A DNA stretch of 64,000 bases from assembly GCA_047495785.1 (NCBI GenBank), contig JBLDXI010000030.1, positions 1,426,001 to 1,490,000 on the forward strand, written 5' to 3'. A model generated the notes under the pieces. It was not told where the DNA came from. It searched no databases and saw only the letters and a program-made list of their open reading frames with translations. This document shows positions 48,859 through 60,311 of the stretch, one piece after another. Each line of letters opens with the position of its first letter. The stretch's first letter is position 1. This DNA comes from Lepidodermella squamata (lineage: Eukaryota; Animalia; Gastrotricha). Position numbers and translations under genes: made by a program.

Positions 48859-50207
48859 TTCGGAGATTTGAAAAATCGTGTGTGTGAAAAAATGGGAGGC
48901 GAAATCTGAAATGAAATGTACGAGCGACCTCAATTACTGCTGTGATTACTAAAAGTGATCTTGATTGCGCGATTGCTCGCATAATTTGCCCTTAATTTGA
49001 CACGCAACAAGTGAGGCAATAATTCGACAACATTTGACCTAATTGTTAATATTGTCTAATAGCAACCAAGTTGTCGCAAGTCTGAATCACGGACAACAAG
49101 TCTGAAACACGATGCATCTTTTACAAGTTTTCGCTGTTTTGTCGCATTCGCTGTTCTGCGCAGTTGCTGTTTTGTCGCCGTACCAAAAACAACATTTTTA
49201 AGACTGACGAAATAAAATTCGGGAAAAATAGAGCGAAACAGTTCAGGAATGAAAATTAAAAATGAGAAAATTACCTAAAAAATCCTGCCTAAAAAAAACG
49301 GTTTTAGCAACGGTATCCAGGGTGCGATCTTTGATCCGCGGATGGAAAAAACATTTTTGCTGTATTGCCAAAATGGCTTGTAACCATTTCAGCTGGAACC
49401 GAGCGAAGCGAGAAAATTGTGGAGTTTTTACACTCAAACAAGCCTCAGAAACCTCTAAAAATTATCAAAACAGCGGGATAAAATTTAATGTTAGAAGTAG
49501 AAGAAGTAGAAGAAGAGGTTTATTACACTTCGATAAAATATGATTCGTAACAAGCTCTTCTGTCGATTTTTTTCTCTCTTTCTCTTGCTCGGTATTACAT
49601 AGTATTTTGGTCATTAAATTGGTCGAATTTTGCTCGAAAATCCAAGCAATCAACAACTTTATGACTATCGATTGCTGAACCTCAAAATTCGAGACGAAAT
49701 AATTATGCATTTACTTCAATCATTATGCACGTAATTCAATCAGTATTAATTGCATTTGAAAGCTTACTTCTGAGTCATCTGCTGAAACGATAGGACTATG
49801 TCACTTGTCACTTGACCAATTTGAGTTTAATAACCGAGGAAATTTGTGTTATAGATCAGTCAATAATTTTCTGCCCAACACCTGATCAATAAGTCCACTA
49901 TATGTGCGGGTGATTTCGCAGGTGAAACATGACTAATTTAGATTCCGACACATGTGCGAAGATATGCTTGCAGCCGTCCTGTTATTCTAACTCTGGATGA
50001 CGCGAAAGACCCTTGAAAGCGGGGGCTCGTGTACTGAATAGCAGAATATTACCTAGAACGATCAATAGCGATGTTTTTGCGCTTGTTGCCAGAAATGTGC
50101 CTAGTATTTGGAATAAGCTTCTGTCTAAACCAGTACAGCAACGAAAGTCAATAAAAATTGCTTATATAATATGCTGAAACTTTCCGAGTAAGGGACTTCA
50201 AAGAAAT

Positions 50208-51661
50208 ATGGCGTACAAAGCTGTAGCGGAAGTTATTACCCTCGTCATAGCTATAGTTGTTAATTCCTTCGCGATGGAAGGCGTTGTCAAGGGCGAAATT
50301 CGCAGGCGGAACTACAGGCTGTTCCTAGCGAGCCTTCTGGCCTCGGGGATTTACATCTGCGCCATGAGAACAGTTTCCTTGGTTAGATCGGCATCGTTCT
50401 GGCTCCTCGACGTCGAGGCCAAGGCGAACATATGTGCCCATAGACTGGAGCATAGCCTCGAAATGGCTGGTTATCTATCTTTCCTGTTCAATCTCTGCGG
50501 AATGTTTACAGACCATTTCATAGCAATCGTGAGTAATTCTTTGAAGCTCTTTACATATCGAAATTCCTTTCCACTTCCAACCAGGTACATCCACATGCCT
50601 ATAAAATAGCAACACATAGCTTCATTGTCAAAAAGGCTCCACTTCTCGTTGCGATTGGAATTGTTCTAATAAGTAATACGACTCAATATTTCTCGACCAC
50701 ACCTGTGATTATCTATTTCCGAACAGCTATAATCGGTCATGTGCTATTCGAGGTGATACTGCCAATCGCGAATATGGCATCGCAGTTGCCACAGCCTCGG
50801 CAGACACTGATAGCTGTTGAGTATACGAATTGCGACCTGACGATATTGCAGATGGCCAAGGAACCAAATTCTTTCGTGAACACTTTCAATCACGGTTTAT
50901 TTTTCATCAATCTCAACAACGCGTCGTCTTTCAATTCCTATTTGAACGCATTGCCAGACCTGCCAGAATCATGCCACTTGAATACCTCGATTGATTCCTT
51001 GCTTGATATATACCTCAGTGCCTTTCTGGCCGCGGATGATCAAACTACGTTAGTTTCCAGCAACTGGAACTGGTGCTCCAATTTCTCTTACAGTTTATAC
51101 GAAAACTCGTTCGAGTTTATGGTTATTATCGTCTCGGTTCTAGCTATGACTTTTATAATCATCTGCAACTTGAGCTTTCGGCGGGTTATCGGCCGGTCGA
51201 TAGGACGCACCAGGGCGAAATTAACGAAATTGAGCAAGACAACGGTGATAATGCTGCTAGCATTTACTTTATGCTGGATGCCATTTGTCATTCACGAAAT
51301 CGTAATGACTTATCTAGTCAAAACTTCGGATGGCTCGAGGCGACTTGATGAGTATTGCATTATTGCACACAATATCCTATACGCCTGTTTCTTGTCAACG
51401 CCAATCGTAATTCCGGTCATTTATGTCACGAGAATTGGCGGAGTTTCGCGCTTTCTGTCGACAAAGTATCCTTGCCTTAGGTTTGGGCTGTTAACTAGCG
51501 TATCTTCCGAATGTCTTCCTCCACCGAAACATGAATTGGTAAAATTAAGCGTCTCTTTTAACCCACCTCGCCAGAGGGACGACACTATGCAGCTGCGTAG
51601 TGTAGCTTCCTGTAGTTACATCCCAGCTACAAAAACCGCTCATTTCACTGGCGATGCCTGA
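50208..51661 (+). CDS. Orphan rhodopsin-like (class A) GPCR; exons 50208-50528, 50585-50672, 50727-51661
   Basis: TM1 Asn (VVN), LFLASL in TM2, Cys at the top of TM3, DHFIAI|VHP (DRY-like), F.LCWMPF (CWxP), IPVIY (NPxxY-like); short in-frame GT-AG introns. Confidence 0.85.
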
Positions 51662-52513
51662 AATCACGTTACTGGACTGTCTAGAAGTTTTTCTGGTTTC
51701 ATTTGTTCATGGATGGCAACGGATCCTTCCGTGATTTACAATGAATTTGCCTTTGCAAATTTCATATCAGCTTAAGATGCTGAATAAAAGCTTCGAATAA
51801 AAATCATAATTTGCGAATTTATAAATTCTGAATTGCATCATAAAATCATTTTATTATAAAGCTGTTTTTAGTGGACATTTTATTAGAAAATTGGATTCAC
51901 AGTACATTTCTATGTGGATGAATCATCGATGCTTCAATATTGGTAATGAGATCACGCGATGTTCGCAAATTGGATTCCGTCTGCCGAGTTAATTATGTTT
52001 CGTTCGATATCGATATCGTTCGCTCTGTAAAATTATTCAGAAATACGAATAAACACTGTCTACTTCGGTATTGATTCTTCACTTGTACCGTGACAGAGGC
52101 GAGGATTAGCAGCTGAAAGGCGGGCCAAGGGCTTTGGATCAGTGGCAATGGATCTCAAGCTATCTAGAATGATGATGATTTCGGCTGTTCGAAAACTGTT
52201 AAATGAGTCTAATGTAACTTTCATTTCAGTTGAACCCGTGATGGCTATGAGTTGAAGCCAACTCTTGAAGTTAATAGAAATAAAAAAATCAGACTTTGCG
52301 AATATCCCAGTTGAAGATTTGAAAATGTCCAATCTTCAAATCGGGCTTCGGGGGCTTTTCATGCTCTGTTCCATTGCAATCGGCGAAATTTGGTTAGTCC
52401 AACGCGACTTTCATCAATGAATTGATTTGCAGAGACTGAGCAAGCGGCAGATTGACCATTGATAGCGCTCGATTTCATCACGTCCATTTTATCAGATTCA
52501 GATGTGAATCGAG

Positions 52514-52600
52514 CAGTGGTTCTCAAACCCCGGCACGCGTGCCAACCGTGGCACTCCAGGAAAACCGATCGGCATCGGAGCCAAAAGTGCCACGCCGAGG
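52514..52600. mobile_element. Left end of a hAT-like element, truncated
   Basis: CAGTGGTTCTCAAAC followed by GC-rich GGCAC/GTGCC subterminal palindromes; no matching right TIR found downstream. Confidence 0.5.
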
Positions 52601-53000
52601 GTTTTGTCTGCGTGAGCTGAATGGTTTTAAGCAGGGTGCAATCTTGGATCCCTGTCGAAACGAAACTGTCAGCCGAGCGGAACAAGTGGCAGCGGCAAGT
52701 AGGTCAAAAAAAATGTTAAAATAAAGGTAAATTCGAAATATATTAAGTGTTATCAAATTAAGGTAAGGTAGGGTTCAGGGATGAGGATCGATTGTTGGTT
52801 CAAGTGTCCAACCTCAATTTTACTCAGAATTCCAAGCTCCACTCGATGGTAACAATTCGTCGCAGATATCTGAAAAATTGATTTTCCATCGAGAACTTGT
52901 AACGAATCGCTTCGCACACAAACGCTTCACAGGAAATTTGACGTGGCTTGTAACTTGGTAGATGCGAAGAATAAAAGAATCGCATTTTTGTAAAAACATC

Positions 53001-54173
53001 ATGAATTCGCTTCTAGCTTTTATGATACTGGCAAAGGTCGCATCGCTGGGATCTGCGAAACCGATTGCTGGCAAGTTGAAGGCGAAATTCACTGAACGTT
53101 GCCAGGCAGTGTTGTCGGAAAACCTGCCGATGGAACAAGCACTTTTTTCAAACAGCACAAGGCCGCTTGTCGTGAATGTCGCGGCTGGCCTTCACCGATT
53201 TGTTGGGATTAATGATGTGGAGCAAAAGCTTTCATTAATGCTATATCTGTCTATAACGTGGGGTCTGCCATGCGAAATACCGAAATGCACAGATTTACTC
53301 AGTGACGCCGAATGCTTGGCACTCGGAACTACGGATCTCTACTTCACAGCCCCAGCGTTGAGCATCTGGACTCCAGACATTCAACATATGACTGCTTACG
53401 AGAAGCCTGCTATCGGTAACAAAATTAGCGACCTAATTTTCATACGTCCAGTTCAACCGTTTTTTCAAATGGTACACTACATTTACGACCGATTCGACGT
53501 TTCGTGCACGGATTTCAGCTACCGCAAATTCCCATTTGATACGCAAGCCTGCACGCTGGTTTTAGAATCAACTGATGATTACAAAGGCGTTGCGCTCCGC
53601 CTTGCAATGTTTAGCGTCGACATGTCCGCTGGTAACACCTTCCTCGTTGATAGTGATATATGGTCACTTGTCGATCTATCCGGTTTTAACAGCACTGATT
53701 TGCAAAAAATGGAAAATTTGTTTGCATTTGATCGAATTTTTCTGACGATTCGATTCCGTCGCAAAAGTGACTACTACGTCTGCAACATCTTCGTACCAAC
53801 CATCACGCTTTTCATCCTTCAAGTCGTTTCTCTGCTAACCGAGCCGTTAAATCGAGATCGTTCGGCATTTTGCGTGACAGTTGTGCTGTCTTACGTTGTG
53901 TATCTCACCTTAATATTCGGCATGATTCCAGTAACTGCAGATCAGGTCTATCTTGTGTACATGGTCGCAATTAAATTCATCGTTGCTGTCCTAATCACAA
54001 CTTACACTTGCTTGATTCCTAGTATCCCAGAGTCACTGAAATCTCGCGTTTTCAAATTGAACAATTGTCTAGCCTTACCCTTGCATCGCCTTCTGGACCT
54101 GGCGATCGCTGCAGCGGCATTCATAATCGTAATGATTTTCGACGCTATTCTCTTCTTGCTGATGTTATCTTGA
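53001..54173 (+). CDS. Divergent Cys-loop ligand-gated ion channel subunit, intronless
   Basis: Signal peptide MNSLLAFMILAKVASLGSA, HRFVGINDVEQKLS, IWTPDI, CTDFSYRKFPFDTQAC, FRRKSDYY..M1, M2 DRSAFCVTVVLSYVVYL, very short M3-M4 loop. Confidence 0.92.
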   Translation: MNSLLAFMILAKVASLGSAKPIAGKLKAKFTERCQAVLSENLPMEQALFSNSTRPLVVNVAAGLHRFVGINDVEQKLSLMLYLSITWGLPCEIPKCTDLLSDAECLALGTTDLYFTAPALSIWTPDIQHMTAYEKPAIGNKISDLIFIRPVQPFFQMVHYIYDRFDVSCTDFSYRKFPFDTQACTLVLESTDDYKGVALRLAMFSVDMSAGNTFLVDSDIWSLVDLSGFNSTDLQKMENLFAFDRIFLTIRFRRKSDYYVCNIFVPTITLFILQVVSLLTEPLNRDRSAFCVTVVLSYVVYLTLIFGMIPVTADQVYLVYMVAIKFIVAVLITTYTCLIPSIPESLKSRVFKLNNCLALPLHRLLDLAIAAAAFIIVMIFDAILFLLMLS

Positions 54174-54440
54174 ATTCTGTCGAATCGTTTTTCGCTAGCG
54201 ATGACATCCTAATCCCGAAACAGATCAAACTATCTTTTTCTAATTGTTGCCTGCTGTGAACTTGAATGTATAGCAGATCAGCTTTTTATTGTTTTGAACT
54301 TTGAATGTTCTGACTTGTACCTGTTCAAAGTTGTATGGTTTGAATCTTCTCTTTCATTTCTTCATTTTTTCAAATAAGAATGGACGATTTTCTCTGACAT
54401 TCGGCCTCTTCAACAGGGATTTGCAAAAACCAGGTGATTT

Positions 54441-57042
54441 TTATATTTCCCTATTGTTTCTGCTGAAAACTACCGCTGTTGATATTACTATTCGCGATCG
54501 CGCAGACGGAGCTACGAAATGCTGCTTCGAAGACTTGAAAGTCCCAGTTTGCCTCATTACTGAAGGCTCATCAACAACGCTCCAAGCCGGGTCATTACTC
54601 GGCCATTTCCCAGCATAAACTGGGTACATCATCACCAAACTAGCGGTGAGAGAATAGACAAGCAGCCCAACGGCGAAGACAATCAGTTTAAGCTGGACAT
54701 CCGGGACGATGAAAATTATCACGAGGAAAGCGACAAAGATCGAGAAAGCATTCACTACGGCGAGACGAACTGTTTTAAACTCGTAACAGTATCGAATTGG
54801 TACCAGAGTGTGACGAGCCTCATACGAGAAGAAGCAGCCTGCCACGAGAAGGAAAACATGCCCAGCGACAAACCCGCCGATCCAGTCGATCTGGCTTTTG
54901 GAGTAGCAGTAAGTTACTGTCACGTCGTAGTAAGTATCGGACGAAGCGTCAAACATGACTTGGGATACATCACTCGTTAAAGTCAAAGGTTCCCCTGCAA
55001 CTAGCCAAACTATCAAAGCTATCGCATTCAGAACGCAAAGGGTGAAAATGCCTAGTTTCACCAGTCGGGAAAGATGGTTAGGGGTGTACGCAAAGCTAGT
55101 GGCACGGCGGTGTTTTGATACCTTGCCATACATTCCGCCTTCAAAAACCGACTTATTCCGGCGTAGGATGCCGTTGTTGAAGTTGAGGAACTGAATCATG
55201 GTACTCGATCGCATGAGAAGAGTCGAGTTGATGAGAATCAGGCCGCCTACAACTAGAACAGGCCTCCACGAGCAGAAAAAGCTCGGAAAGTTGAGTTCCC
55301 CAACTATCACGTAGATTACAAAAAAGTCCAAGACCAGACAGCCAATTAGTAAAATTAGATTCGAATCAATTTCCAAGTACAGGATTGTAGGCTTTTTGGA
55401 CTGCCCAACTACAGCCGTGATACAAATCAATTGGAAAATCGCTATGATTCCTGCGGTTATCGCCAGTCCGAACATGGCGCTTTCGGGTATGGTTTCGTGA
55501 AAATGAGTGGTTGTTGACAGATCTTTCGGTGCTTGGCCGGTTCGGGTTGCCCAAATCGGGCGTTGAACGACAAGCATTTGATAGGCGGTGAAGTTGTACA
55601 AGTCATCGCCTGGGATTGTTTTGTAGATGAAAGTCGTACTGCCACTCGCTGTCTTCTGTAGAACCCACATTTCCTAGATAAATCGCAAAATTAAGCCTAA
55701 AATGTCCCAAATGCCATGTTATCAAATTGGAACAAGAGCAATTTCTGGAAAAATGTAGAAAAATCGAGGAAATTCAATAGTTACCGAAAAATACCCGATA
55801 TAACCCTATTTAGGTACTTATTTCCCACTAGATACAAAATGTCCCTACCTCGTCATCGAATTCGTGTCGTTTCGAGTAGGCGATCCTACCCATCCTCAGC
55901 CCATTGAAGTCCAAACCCATTGCAGCCTCACTCGTAGCCCTCTCAACCAAATCAGGATAGTCTCGAAATTGCTTCAGACTCGAATTGTACCGAAGCTTCA
56001 GCAACCTCTCCGTTTTGTCGAGAGTTAAAAGTGCGGCCATTAGTGAGTCATGGCAAAAGTATCTTTGACTGTAGTCCTCAACTCCCCTGATGGAATTGTT
56101 AAGTTTTTTCAGCAATTCAGCTTCGAAAAACTTGGAATCATAGCCGAAAGACGAGTTTCCAACCGGGGCAATTGCAGCTGGTAGGGTCCCTGCGAAAAAC
56201 GTATGCCTGTACTGGAGTAACAGCCATTCGTAAGGACACCAAGGTGGGGTAACTTCCTTAGTAGGCGTGTAACAGAAGACCGAAGTTATAAACACGTAAT
56301 TCGGCGCTCGGACACCAGCTTTGTAAGTATGGCACCAGAATAGGACGCAATTTGCCGGAGTCGACGAGATGAAGATTACGATACGAGCGTCACTTTTGCG
56401 TAGCCCTATCGCCAATTCCTCTGTGACACTTGGGCTTGCGTCAAAATGAACGACTTTCTTGCCGTTTTCGGCAAGTTTCGACTGTAGAATTTGCATGAAT
56501 GTCACCTCGCTAGCTACAGATGTAGTTCCGACTATACCGAACTCGCTCCAATTCGCAGTTCTGAAGGCGAAAGCTAACACTGGGGCTAGGTAATTCTCGG
56601 CTGGGGCTCGGATGCGGTAGACATTGCTGTGAAGAGGATCACCAACTATAGCAGGGCCGTTGCAACTTGGCGAAAATATTGCGTAGTTGAAGTTTTTGAT
56701 GACTAAGCTCGCAGCGTTGCAGCCTGTTGGACCAACGACAATTGGCGAGGGGAAACTGGTCGGATCGATCGAATTCGCGTAGTTGAGAAAATTTGGGATG
56801 GTAAGTAGCCCGGATAGCCCTTCGTCCATTAGTTTGAGTTCGACTTTGTAGTCGCGAAGAATGTCATTCCGGGAGTTCGCGATCTCTGCCACAATGTTAA
56901 AAGCTGCTTTGCATGCAGCTCCGTTAGCTGGTTCATACCCAGTGAATCGGACGAACGTTGGTATCGACAATATGTTGGACTTGAATGGGGCAACTTCGAT
57001 AGTTAGTGATGCTAATAGGACAAAGGACAGTCCTACGCTCAT
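54441..57042 (-). CDS. Orphan class C GPCR, GABA-B-receptor-like; exons 57042-55849, 55673-54441
   Basis: Signal peptide, ANSRNDILRDYKVEL, RKSDARIVI, CHTYKAGVRAPNYVF, APKD linker and 7TM; a 175-bp phase-0 intron (DDE|EMW); clear paralog of 32893-35172. Confidence 0.9.
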
Positions 57043-58311
57043 AATGTTAATCTGTTCTATCCGGGAAAAAGTTTGTAAGTTTTAAGGCTAATACCCGAAA
57101 GAAACACTGTCAGGAGTGAGATCGTTTGATATAAATTTCACGCATTTTTCCGGTGGATGACCATATTCAGGGCAAGGGCCCGAAATAGTTCAATCTTGTT
57201 AATTAGCTGTAGGCGTGATTGTGAGATCTCCCGTTGCCCCCTTATGCAGGCGATATCGCGATATGTTTGGATATGTTTATAAAATTCCTAAAATTTACTC
57301 TTCAATCTATCCAAGTAGAGAGCTATCTGAGTTGGGTATAGACGTCAATATCCTTCTCTTAGAGATGCACTCACAAAACGGACCTTACTGTAAAATTTTC
57401 CACAAATTGAAAGCCAAAACCCTGCGATCCTCGCTAATTAATTAATTATGGGAAGTGTCTTAGTAAAGGGCGAAGGTCAAAGCCCCGCGATTTTTGATTG
57501 CAAATGAAGCATAAAATCAGCGATGAAAAACCTAGATTTGTAAGAAAGCCAACTTTTCAAGGTTTCAGATGTTCAATTGCAGCGAGGTCCAATATATGAA
57601 ATGAAGGAATAGCCTGTCATTTCTTCCAACTTGTGATGTCCATCAAAGAAAAATGGAGATTTGACGTTCAAATACCCTCAAATACACTCGGATAGCTCTT
57701 GTTAGTATAAAGTATAAATTCTCCCATATTCTGGCAATTCGGCTAAAATATTCCCCCATCTTCTTAGAATCTTGCAATCGAAGTGTATCTGAGGGTTATG
57801 CTAGGGCTCACAGGAAAATTTGATGCTTTGGGTTTGAAGGAAAGCATTTATAGGTACCTTGGGGTAGCTTGAAAGCAACATCTGTCTCGTGGCGTCATGT
57901 CTGGAAAGCCGCACATGATCGAATCCGACTATAGTGCTTCCGACCAACTGACGTGGATATCCGCATCAGACTACCTGCGGGCACGAAAAGAACCTTTAGC
58001 GGTGGAACACGTGATGTTTTGTTTTTCTATCTATATCAATAATTGAAAAATGGAAATATTAATCCAATAAAGTCGAAATGGGTGTCTTGTTTCAGATAAA
58101 CTCATCACAAGTCATCTCCCTGATCTTGCTCCCAGACGTTCTTGAACCATCGCATTCATTACAATTATTTTGACACGCAATTGTACAGCTGGGGCATACA
58201 ACATGTAAGCCACACGATTACCATTGTACGAGTGGAATTTCCAAAACGTGAAAACTAAAAATCTAAAATTTGCTAATTTTATTCGTAAAATAGTCGTAAG
58301 TAATTTCAAAT

Positions 58312-59382
58312 TCAGTTAATTTTCTGAAACACAACTGCCATCGCAGACCACAAGCTCGAGAATTTCTCCGGCGCCATAGCGACGTAGCGCTTCTGTTCAT
58401 CGAATAGAATCTTCGCAATTCCCTTCTTCTCCTCCTCCGATCGCTTGTTCGACAAACATTGCAAGAAAAACGGCTCCATAGCCGCAGCCATCGAGTCGAC
58501 AAACTCATCAGCAAACCTAGCCGCATCTTTATGCTCGAGATAGCTCGCGAATAAGTGATGCTGGGCTGGTGGGAGATGCTCAGCTTTCACAAGTTTCAGC
58601 CCCAACTTTTCGTACAACTCAACCGGCCCGGTGACATCTTCCATAGTTCGCCACATCATTGGAACCTGAAAATTGACCAGCTCTTCAGCTGTAACCACCC
58701 CGCGTTGAACGAAACCGCGAAGCATAGCTGTGAAGCCAGTTATCATCGTAGTTTGGCCGTCTTGTTTCGATAGGAAATTCGCGACCAAAACACCTCCAGG
58801 GACCAATTCCCGAGATCGAGCTGTTAGAAAGTTCTCCCAATCCACCGCAGCTTGTTCCCGGAAAAGGGCAGCAACCTTTTCGGCATCGTAACCCATTGGT
58901 GAGTAGATTCCCTCCAGTTTCCCCGGGATTTTCGACATCCAATGAAGGGAGCAGTTCGAAAAGGCGAATTGCAGACTATTATCCGGCAAAACTTGCTGGA
59001 AAAAGTTCAGTCCAGCCGCGAGGGAGAAAACGCCCTTATGCTGCTTCAGGTACGACCTCTCGCTGCCATGGATAAAGTTGAACATAACGTCCCATTTGTT
59101 ACGAGGAACGTCCTCGTGAACTACAAGAAACGAAGGAATGGCTTCCTCGCCGTATTTGTTGCGGAACGAGGTGATAACGATAGACATAGCTTCCGAGCTG
59201 TTCGCGCCAGTGCTTGAGCCGAAATCGGCAATAACGAAAGGCGTTGCTCTAGGAAGTTCGCCCGCATGTTGTTGGATACCTAGTTCGATGAACGGCGTTG
59301 TCAGTTCAAGGATCTGTAGCTGATTCCGCGAGTGGCTGTTGTAGTCTTCTCGCATAGCTAACGATGAAGTAGTCGGCGACAT
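58312..59382 (-). CDS. SABATH-family (Methyltransf_7) SAM-dependent methyltransferase, intronless, 356 aa
   Basis: YNSHSRNQ, IADFGSSTGANS, HEDVPRNKW, SLQFAFSNCSLHWMSKIP and QAAVDWENFLTARSRELVPGG are the hallmark SABATH motifs. Confidence 0.92.
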   Translation of the reverse strand: MSPTTSSLAMREDYNSHSRNQLQILELTTPFIELGIQQHAGELPRATPFVIADFGSSTGANSSEAMSIVITSFRNKYGEEAIPSFLVVHEDVPRNKWDVMFNFIHGSERSYLKQHKGVFSLAAGLNFFQQVLPDNSLQFAFSNCSLHWMSKIPGKLEGIYSPMGYDAEKVAALFREQAAVDWENFLTARSRELVPGGVLVANFLSKQDGQTTMITGFTAMLRGFVQRGVVTAEELVNFQVPMMWRTMEDVTGPVELYEKLGLKLVKAEHLPPAQHHLFASYLEHKDAARFADEFVDSMAAAMEPFFLQCLSNKRSEEEKKGIAKILFDEQKRYVAMAPEKFSSLWSAMAVVFQKIN

Positions 59383-60311
59383 TGTTGTTGTAGTAAATTA
59401 ATGGCGAAAATAGCTGTTTTGTTCTACTTTCGCGCTATTGCCAGCTATTTATAACGACGATGCGCACGACAAAAGGATTTGAAACGTACGCAAAAATGCA
59501 GCAGCACATTTCTCGTAGCGGCATAATAGGATTATAATGTTTATACGCACTTTTTATATTAGCCATGTAGCGGGCATTTAAATTCTTATTAAATTCTTGA
59601 AACCATCTTACATTTTTGGTTGTGTTTTGTATGAAGCATTTTATCTGCTAGACATTTCTGAGAACAACGCCCCTCTTGAATGTGGTATTTTAAGAAATGG
59701 CCTTGAACCATTCCCAATGGGATTAGGATGTAATCTCCCGTTTAGCCCGAATTTTTATTTCTTTTCTGCCCGCTAATTAAAAAAAAGTGGGGATTTAAAG
59801 AATTTCAATTACGTCATTTCAGAGGTTTGTAAATTGGCAAAACAAGAGGTCAATTTTTTTGAATGTTTCGCTAAAAGAAAATGACAAGGAATATAATTTG
59901 AGAAAGGTTTGAGCAAACTTTTCCGATACCTTTAATTATTGATGGAACCCATTTGAGTTGTTCGGATCCATCTTGGTGCTAAATTTTGAGCTATTCTTGA
60001 AAATGAGTGTAATTTAAGTTAAGCTGCATTCAAGGCGCGATTGGATGTTCATGAAATTCCTCTGTTCCAGACATCCGAATCCACCAATTTCCCCGAAAAT
60101 GGGAAACCTCCAAAGCCATTTTCGGTCAAATTTACTTATTATTGTTACCAGCGGGTGCACACTCAACGACCCTCATTGATGTTTTTTTACCCATACCAAT
60201 ATGCAATGCGAGTCGCTTGTTTTGCAGCAAATAGCAAGCAAACAAACAAAACCGCCGTGTTTAGTGACCACCACTTTTCAAATCATTTTTTTCACAAGTA
60301 AACACAAAACA

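Noticed and set aside
61-52528. Identical 15-bp hAT termini at 61-75 and 52514-52528 as ends of one giant element
   Set aside because: They face outward, so they belong to two separate insertions.
52060-52760. Several 70-110 aa ORFs on both strands
   Set aside because: No recognisable motifs or consistent exon structure; part of the region is a hAT end.
11851-54173. Bacterial (GLIC/ELIC-like) origin or contamination for the short-loop channels
   Set aside because: They have a disulfide Cys-loop, spliceosomal introns and animal neighbours such as GPCRs and a Sushi protein.
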